NCBI GenBank assembly: GCA_002269645.1
Contig: NIVC01002896.1
Coordinates: 62,001-126,000 of the forward strand
DNA length: 64,000 nt
Source of the DNA: Macrostomum lignano
Taxonomy: Eukaryota
Direction: 5' to 3'
The translations under genes and the position numbers were made by a program. The stretch's first letter is position 1. Each line of letters begins with the position of its first letter. Shown here in pieces: positions 56,817-64,000 of the stretch. The notes under the pieces are model-generated. The model was not told the DNA's origin, did not search any database, and saw only the letters and a program-made list of their open reading frames with translations.

Positions 56817-59800
56817 TTTTATCTTGTTGTCCTTTTTAGTTTATAATATTCACTGATTATTTAATTCGCTGAAAAGGTTGTTCACTCAATTTGTACTAAA
56901 GCTGCATTTTATAAAAAATAATAACAAATTGATAATTCATTAATCAAAAAATATTCTAAAATATTTTAGTTTATTTCAAATTAAATGGCAATTCCAATTC
57001 AAGCAGTTAAATTTAGATGTAACATTTCATTTTAAATTGTAAAAATTAATGCTGCCAAAATTGAAAAAAGTTAATTTTTTGTACTTTGTCAAATGCTATA
57101 GGCTATGATTATAAAATTCTGAAAGTGCTGACTGCAATAAAATGTGCCAGCAGACAAATGAATACTTTTTAAGCGACACAATTATTGCATTTCTATACCT
57201 ATTTATTATTACAGTATAAATTTAGGATAAAATAAAAAACTTTGCTTCTTTAACAATCACACCAGTTACTTTTGGGGTTGCAAATTAATGATAACTTCAA
57301 ATAAACTAGGCCTATTTAACACAGAAACTACAGTTTAAACAAACAAAAAACCTGCCTATCCATTATTCTGAAATTATTTTTTTTTGATCTCCAGCATTTT
57401 TTCGATAGATTATTTATAGACTTACAAGATTCAGTAGTGCAAAGACTAAAGAGTGAGCTTGAGATTCCTTTAGGAAGACAGGGATGAAGAGAATAGAGTC
57501 GAAGTTAATTAGTATCACTTAATTGCTAAATTAATTAAAATGTTAAGTCACTTCCGTATACTAAGTTCTACCTTCGATCTCCGTTTCGTATAAGTTTAAA
57601 TTTTTATCTTTGGATTTTTCCTTGGACTCAGTGAAGTGAGAACGGTTTCACCCAAATTTAAAATAGCTAAATTATTAACCGTGGTTCGAAACTTCGAATA
57701 AAAGCTTTCAAATTCATATTTTAGTAAAGCTAAAGAGTAAAGATTCTTTGAATGACTTCACATAGAGTTGCACAGATTTTTTAAAAAGTTGTGATCTTTA
57801 CTTTGTTATTATTCAACTAAAAATAACGACAAAAGTATAATTCCACACAACGTTTGGCTCTTTTGTATTTTACAATTTCTTTAAAAAAACTAAAATAAGT
57901 GAAATTTTCTATTATAGTACATAATTTTTTGTAATGAAATGATGTAACTGAAATTGTGCTCTTAAATTTTCGCATAAAGTCGAACTACACTGCAGAAATT
58001 CACTAAGTGATGCATTTTTTACATGGCGTTTATTATTTAATCCTGTCCTTCTGATCGTTTTTGAGATTTTCTTGAGAAAAAAACAGAGCAATATAGAGAG
58101 ATTTAGATATTCGTGACTTGTCAAGAAAATTTGTAATTGATTAATCTTTTAGCTACTGTTATATCTCTTAACATATATGCATGTACATTCGATGTATGCA
58201 CTAAAAATAATCCAACGAAAATCCGGATTTAATCTGGCACTGCATCTGTCAGCTAGTAGCTTTGATTACAAGACTTGAAGACTCTCAACCTCGCAGGCTC
58301 AAGGCCTAGCGATCGGCTACAGCTGTAGCTACGGTGTGCATGTACATGTACATGTACGTGCGTTGGACATGCAGACCAGATAGTCCGTCCCCGTTGCATT
58401 TATTTCTCAAATATCCTTTTGAATAGCTTTAAGACAGGCCAAACACTGCAGTTCTTACCCGAACTCCGGTAGGCAGGCGCAATCTTTCTCCTGTTCTCCG
58501 CCTCGTTGAAGACCGGTGCAGGTTATTCTTGCTGTCATTTTCAGTGTTCCAAAATATCATTTTAGAACGATGGAGCTATAGTGTCTCAAACCTTGAAACC
58601 TTTCTCGCTTTGGCAATTAGCATGAACTTCTACTATCTCTACCTCTTTATGCTTACGCACTTATATTTAGACTTTTGCCATGGACATTCGTGTCTAAATA
58701 TCGCTGTCATTCCCCCCGGCAATACATGTAGCATGACGTAGCATGTAAAACGATTCTCCTGAATTGCTGAGCCAGCAGAATGCATGCAGCGACTCAGGCA
58801 AACACGAAATTCAAGAAAAGACGGGCCAAGCTAACTTATATTGTTGTGTTCCTTCTCAAGCACCCCTCCAGTCGACCTTCAAGATATTCAACGATTCCGC
58901 CAGAATATCTTTTACAAGCTAGTGAATTTAGTACCACTCTGTGCGCCTCAGTACAGCCCTGCTAAGCCTTCAAATTTCATCCGCACATCGACCGCATGCA
59001 CTTCGGTGGTCACTGGCCTTCCAACTATATGCCGCGGAGCTTCTGGACCTTCAACAGAAGCCACCTGGTCCTGGCCCTCAACGTCAACGCAGCCAACGTG
59101 AGACCGAGCTGCAACTAAAAGCTGCTGAATTCTGATTCACTCTTGTCTCATCAGGTCGGTCGTCAGAAGTGAAATCATTTCGATTTCGGGTTTGCCATGG
59201 CGTGACCGTGGCTGATTAAATTTCAGATCAATTTTTCATTATCGGCGACAATCTATTCTTCATGTGGCCGCATGCTGAGAGACATGCAATTTGTAGCTGC
59301 AAGAAAACCGAGTCGCATGTATTCATTAAAATTGTGATAAACGCAAGCAACTCTAACAAATCTGAGATTTCTCAGAGACCATCAGTCTTAAAACAATTAA
59401 ATTCTAGGCAACAGTTTTGAGAATGCCTATGAGACTCGGCACAATATCCTTCATTTTCTACTGCGTGTAGAAATGAAATTTGCGAGTTGATACCGGTAGC
59501 ACAGAGAATCAACGATCATTTTCCTACTCTAAGTAGTGCTTACGCAAGTTCTTCATCTAAAAGCATGCCGAGGTTATAACAAAGCAGCAGAGGTTGGATA
59601 TTCCTAAGGGCTGATCTCAGATGAATTTTTGCGAAGACCAGACAATTAAGGTTCCTATCTAGTCGAAAAACTTTTATTAGAAATAAGCTTTTGAAATAAA
59701 TATTCAACTGTCCATTGAAAGCGATCCTGACACGTCCAGATGCAATGGTGTAACTTCGAGTGGTCGTTGTTAGTCCATGAAGCGGCAAAAAGGAACTGAT

Positions 59801-61557
59801 CCCAAACCGATCCCAAAGGGTGACACAGCTTCGTCTTGACGAGCTGCTCAGTTGAACAAAACATCATTTTAGAATGATGGGCCGTTGCCTGCTGTTGTAA
59901 GCAGTTTGCATACTGTCCAGCTGCCCTGTGACCATTTTGCTGCAATCAATTTAATCTGCATTGGTCCGCTATGCTGTACTCAGGGGCGTAGACAGGTGGT
60001 CAACAAACAACAATCTGAAGCTGCCCGATTAATTACTAAATAAGGAGTAACTAATGCGCTTGCTCAAGTAAAATGATTTCACTCGAAAGATTCAAGTTTC
60101 ACTGCTGCATTTTGCAATGAACAATCGCGCTTGGTAGAACTATAGAGGCTTTGCGCATAGCAACTGCTCTCCCTGCATTATTGACTCCACCCGGCCGTCA
60201 TTTAACCAGCGGCCTTCTATTCGTACTTGTATATTGCAATCGATTGAGTTTCTCGTTCGCCCTATTTCCATGTGCGCAGTTTAGCTGCAGCAAGGTATAT
60301 AGTCAAGCATGTAAGTGCACTGATACAGTTTGTTTTATGCGAGCGTAAGGCCAATACTCAGTGCCTGCTGGGGTTAATATTCTTTTATTTCTTTTGGTTG
60401 CATTTATGCAAATTCTCTCTTTAAAGTTAACGCCTCAATAGTCAGAAGCAGTTGCAATTCGCGAAAAAATACAAAGCTGTTCTGAGGAATTCGGCTGAGC
60501 TTCCTGGTCACGGGGACCGGCTAGCGTTTTACATGTAGACTCGGGACCGCAAGGTTCGGCTTGAAGGTTGAAACGCGAGAGCGGAAATCGCTTCTTTTGC
60601 ATATGCAGCATAACGTTTCGATGCAGTCTTATGCGTTGGGCTCTCTTGCGCACACGCATGCTATCGAAATGAGCGGCCAGTGAAAGAGAAAATTCTGGTC
60701 CAATTTCTAAGGCGATTTGCTCTGCCCACTGTTTCAGCCCTGAGCGCACAATCATTGCATACTTGGCCTGGTTGTCTGAGATTTTTGGCTTCCTGGCCCT
60801 GCCTTCTATTCTGGCCGTCTTTCCGTGTCTTCTGTCTGTCTGTATTTGCGCACGCACGATCTATAGGTAAGGTTTAAAGCTCAGGGGGGTTGGCGATTAA
60901 AAGTAAGGGGCCAAGCTCAAGCCCGCGGACAATTTGTGTGAACCCTTGCGCTTCGCCCTCTCTGTGCTGTGCTGCCTTTCGGCGCCTATTGGTTAGCACT
61001 GCATGGGGTTGGCAGCCGCACGACTATGTAAAGCGACGACCCACCCCAACTTTCGTCTGGAAAGTTATTCTTCCACTCATCAACTGTCGCACTCGTCTAG
61101 CTTTTCCATTCGCAAAGTAGAGCTGACAATTGTAAGAACCGAGGACAAGCTTGTACAACAATCTTCAAGAATATAGTCTTGCCCGAAGCGTGCTGTTGTT
61201 CTCACCGATAGAATAATACGGTACAAACGCTGCGCAGCAGCAGACAGTGTCCAAATCAGACAGAATTTTCAACTGCTCAGGAATTTTAACCTCGCGTCTG
61301 GTGTGACTCACTGTGAAGCGAAGCCGCAACACTGTCACAAAAGAAATTCTGCAATCTAGGACGAGAACAGACGAGTGCTTGTGCAACGTGTGCTTTAAAT
61401 TACCCCTTAGGCGTGGCAATAGACGCCTTAAAACCATTTCATCAGGGAGAGTTTAAAACCCTCGACAAAATGCAAGTAGGGGCGAGAGTAGCTCCGCACG
61501 GTAAGCACGCACCTTAGAGCATGGTACAGCAGTGCTCTCTATAGTCTGCCGAACGAA

Positions 61558-63999
61558 ATGCTGCATCTGTACTATCAAGACTTTCTCGGAGTGCACTTGA
61601 ATGGACGAAAGAACGCCTCCAGCGATAGTCAAGAGCGGTTAGCTGCGCAGGAGCGTCTGGCAGCCCAGTGTGACACTAGCGCCGTCGACCAGCTCAACGA
61701 GGCTTTCTGCCGGTCCGAGCAGTGTCAGCACTGTCGGTTGATTGGCGAGGTGCGCGACTTTTCTGACTGGCGTGCCAAGGCTCTGAAAGAGCTAGCCCAG
61801 CACAACTCCGTGGTCAACTGTTGGGTGCACATCCTCGCCGCTCCAATTGACTGGAAGACTGTCCGGTACGATCCCTGTCTATGCCCGTTTGCGTTCGGCT
61901 ACTGGGGCCTGAGATGGCAGCCGTCAAATGTGGAAGCAGCCTGCCTGCTGCTGGCCCAGTCGTTTGCGGTTGGCGTCGACGTTCATTTGAGACTATCAAA
62001 CTCAGCCTCGCTCATTCCGTGCCATTCGTTTCTGCTCCATGACTTTATTCGACTATATAAGCATCGCTCCTGGCCACAGGACAGCAAAAGCCAGCTGCTA
62101 AAGGAGAATGGAAAGCTTATACTTCAGCTCAACTACAAGTATTACTCGTTAGAGATTCTCCAGTTTGTATTATACTCGGCTTACGGATACATAATCAACC
62201 TCAGCGCAGAGGAGATCACAAGTCAGACATTCACTTTGCTGAAGTCGGTAGTGCAGCATTTCACAGGGGAGCCTAGATCAATCTGCAGGCACCTTGTTGA
62301 CATTCCTGGCCTCCTTACAAACCTCATTGTGCTGCTCGATCGACTGGTTCGGCGATTAGATTTTTCAGACCCAGCGCTCTGTCAGCTGATTCCCGACATG
62401 GTCAGTCTGTTCCGAGTGAATCGCCTGTTTGATGAGCTCCGACAGAAGTTACTTGGCAGGTTGTACTCGGAAGCGAAAGCCCGTCTAGAGGACGGTGTCG
62501 CAGATGTTTCGATCTTGCGGCGACTTCACCAGCCGGAGCGCTGCCACGAAGGCGACTGCATTTATCTGGACGTGGCGGTTAATCTCTTTAAAAATCAGGT
62601 ACTGCGCCTCCAGCCGGTAGAAAACGGAGGTCTAACCACATTGGAAGCAAGTCTGCAAGCTTATCTGTCCGATCTCGTAGATTTGTACGAGATTAATAAA
62701 TCTGAAGCGATGATAAAGGCGACTCGGGATCTGCGATGTGTCGCGGGAATTTTGTGCCTCTTGGGCCCAACTTGTTCTGGCAGCGTTTCCAGTTTTCAAA
62801 GCTTTCTAACTCACGTGCTAGACACATTGATGCTGCTTTTATGCGACCAGATTGTGCTAAACTTCAGCGAGGTTTTGCTGATTCACAACGCCAGATTTTC
62901 TAAGCGAGTCGCCTTTCAGTCCCATCTGAGTCTTATTAGGCACCACAATATGCCTGACAACACATTTTGGAATCCGGTAGCCACCGCGAGCAAACAGAGA
63001 GGACTCGAATTGGTACTCGTGCACTTCAGATTTGCAGTATCTTCCGCCCAAGCAATCATTCATCTAACGAAGCGTCTAAGGCATTCGGGCTCTGCCGACT
63101 TTACTGATATCGATCTCGATCTGCTGAACGGATTTTACAAAGAGCTGAGCAGCTCCGAACTATCCGACATCGTAGGATATCAAACTCTGGCCCGAGGCGT
63201 CGAGCAGTTACAACAGGCTGTTGCCAATGTGAGCGCACGCGACATGAGAAGCATCGCCTACGCTTCGTACTCAACAGTACGCATGCCGCGCATGCGGTTG
63301 GTTGCACAAACCGTAGCTTTGCTGAGCGACACCGCTGCCTCTCAACATAATATTGAGAAGCTGCTCGCGTCTGAAGTCAACCAGGCGTCAGAGGGTCGGC
63401 AAATTCTGTGCACGGAAGAGGCGCTGAAACGCCTGGTCCGAGAGCTCAACCCCGTACAGTTCTTCGCGAGACTGCAGCACAACACGGAACTGTGGAATCG
63501 ACTCGAATCGTTCGACGCGTCGTCCAACTGTAGCTTCAGCGCAATCACCGCGAAACCGCAGCAGCACCAACCTGCCTGCCCCGATCATGGCTCCTACCAT
63601 CAGGCATGCCTTCTGTGGGCCTGGTTCCGCTCGGTCGTGTCAGCAGTTGCCGTTCTCCGCCGGACCAGCCGCGTGTTCGCCTCACCGGACGCAGTTCGAG
63701 GCAGCGTAGAGCGCTTCATCGCCGTCAATGCGGACTTCTTTGAAGCGCACGCTGGCGACCTGCTGGAGAGTGGCGAGATGGAGCCGGCGCTCCACGACCT
63801 GCTGACCGACTTGCTAACCAAGATTCGGCAGCGCAGACGAAGGGTCCAAGCCCTATCGCGTTTACCGCCACCGCCCGGGGCGGCTGCCCCAGGCCAGTCA
63901 GAGGTGGGTTCCGCAACAGCGGCCAGTGTAAATGGTTTGTCATTCGAATTGAGACTTCTGCCCAGCCTGTGCTTTCATTTTGTACAGCAGAAAGCTTAA
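61558..63999 (+). CDS. 813-aa single-exon ORF with a BTB/POZ-like segment followed by a long helical region
   Basis: Uninterrupted 2.4-kb frame in unique sequence. aa ~139-212 (DVHLRLSNSASLIPCHSFLL...LEILQFVLYSAYG) follow the BTB pattern DVxLxV...xHxxxL...LxFxY. The 3' end may instead splice (possible donors near 63904 and 63928). Confidence 0.7.
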   Translation: MLHLYYQDFLGVHLNGRKNASSDSQERLAAQERLAAQCDTSAVDQLNEAFCRSEQCQHCRLIGEVRDFSDWRAKALKELAQHNSVVNCWVHILAAPIDWKTVRYDPCLCPFAFGYWGLRWQPSNVEAACLLLAQSFAVGVDVHLRLSNSASLIPCHSFLLHDFIRLYKHRSWPQDSKSQLLKENGKLILQLNYKYYSLEILQFVLYSAYGYIINLSAEEITSQTFTLLKSVVQHFTGEPRSICRHLVDIPGLLTNLIVLLDRLVRRLDFSDPALCQLIPDMVSLFRVNRLFDELRQKLLGRLYSEAKARLEDGVADVSILRRLHQPERCHEGDCIYLDVAVNLFKNQVLRLQPVENGGLTTLEASLQAYLSDLVDLYEINKSEAMIKATRDLRCVAGILCLLGPTCSGSVSSFQSFLTHVLDTLMLLLCDQIVLNFSEVLLIHNARFSKRVAFQSHLSLIRHHNMPDNTFWNPVATASKQRGLELVLVHFRFAVSSAQAIIHLTKRLRHSGSADFTDIDLDLLNGFYKELSSSELSDIVGYQTLARGVEQLQQAVANVSARDMRSIAYASYSTVRMPRMRLVAQTVALLSDTAASQHNIEKLLASEVNQASEGRQILCTEEALKRLVRELNPVQFFARLQHNTELWNRLESFDASSNCSFSAITAKPQQHQPACPDHGSYHQACLLWAWFRSVVSAVAVLRRTSRVFASPDAVRGSVERFIAVNADFFEAHAGDLLESGEMEPALHDLLTDLLTKIRQRRRRVQALSRLPPPPGAAAPGQSEVGSATAASVNGLSFELRLLPSLCFHFVQQKA

Positions 64000-64000
64000 T

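Noticed and set aside
57480-57900. Mitochondrial insertion or rRNA fragment
   Set aside because: AT-rich, but I could not recognise any mitochondrial protein or rRNA motif.

Overview
Eukaryotic (metazoan) genomic DNA, not prokaryotic: it has GT-AG introns, GC-rich exons and dense 18-35 bp minisatellites. The style strongly suggests the free-living flatworm Macrostomum lignano or a relative (inference, not a database match). Host genes reconstructed by hand with consistent exon phases: an SH3 terminal exon, CHAF1B (CAF-1 p60), a BarH-class homeobox gene, an atypical intronless Rab-like GTPase, a prostanoid-type GPCR, a secreted CAP-ShKT-kringle protein, a 4-exon minus-strand gene with a weak ankyrin-like motif, a 441-aa orphan ORF and an 813-aa ORF with a BTB-like segment. 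The 1.6-16 kb region is a nest of transposons: a decayed APE-RT LINE, two hAT-type MITEs with 8-bp TSDs, a PHD-finger MULE relic, an intron-containing MULE with a 9-bp TSD, and a 3.9-kb element with ~355-bp TIRs carrying an orphan promoter. The most striking unexplained structure is a sharply bounded ~8.2-kb block (about 15.95-24.15 kb) almost devoid of CpG (about 12 by eye, none in the last ~2.7 kb). It contains C-to-T-decayed versions of transposon termini seen intact elsewhere in the window, relic ORFs broken by TAG/TGA/TAA stops, and a near-perfect 188-bp-arm hairpin. This looks like the footprint of a localized methylation-deamination or RIP-like hypermutation process. All counts are manual and approximate.
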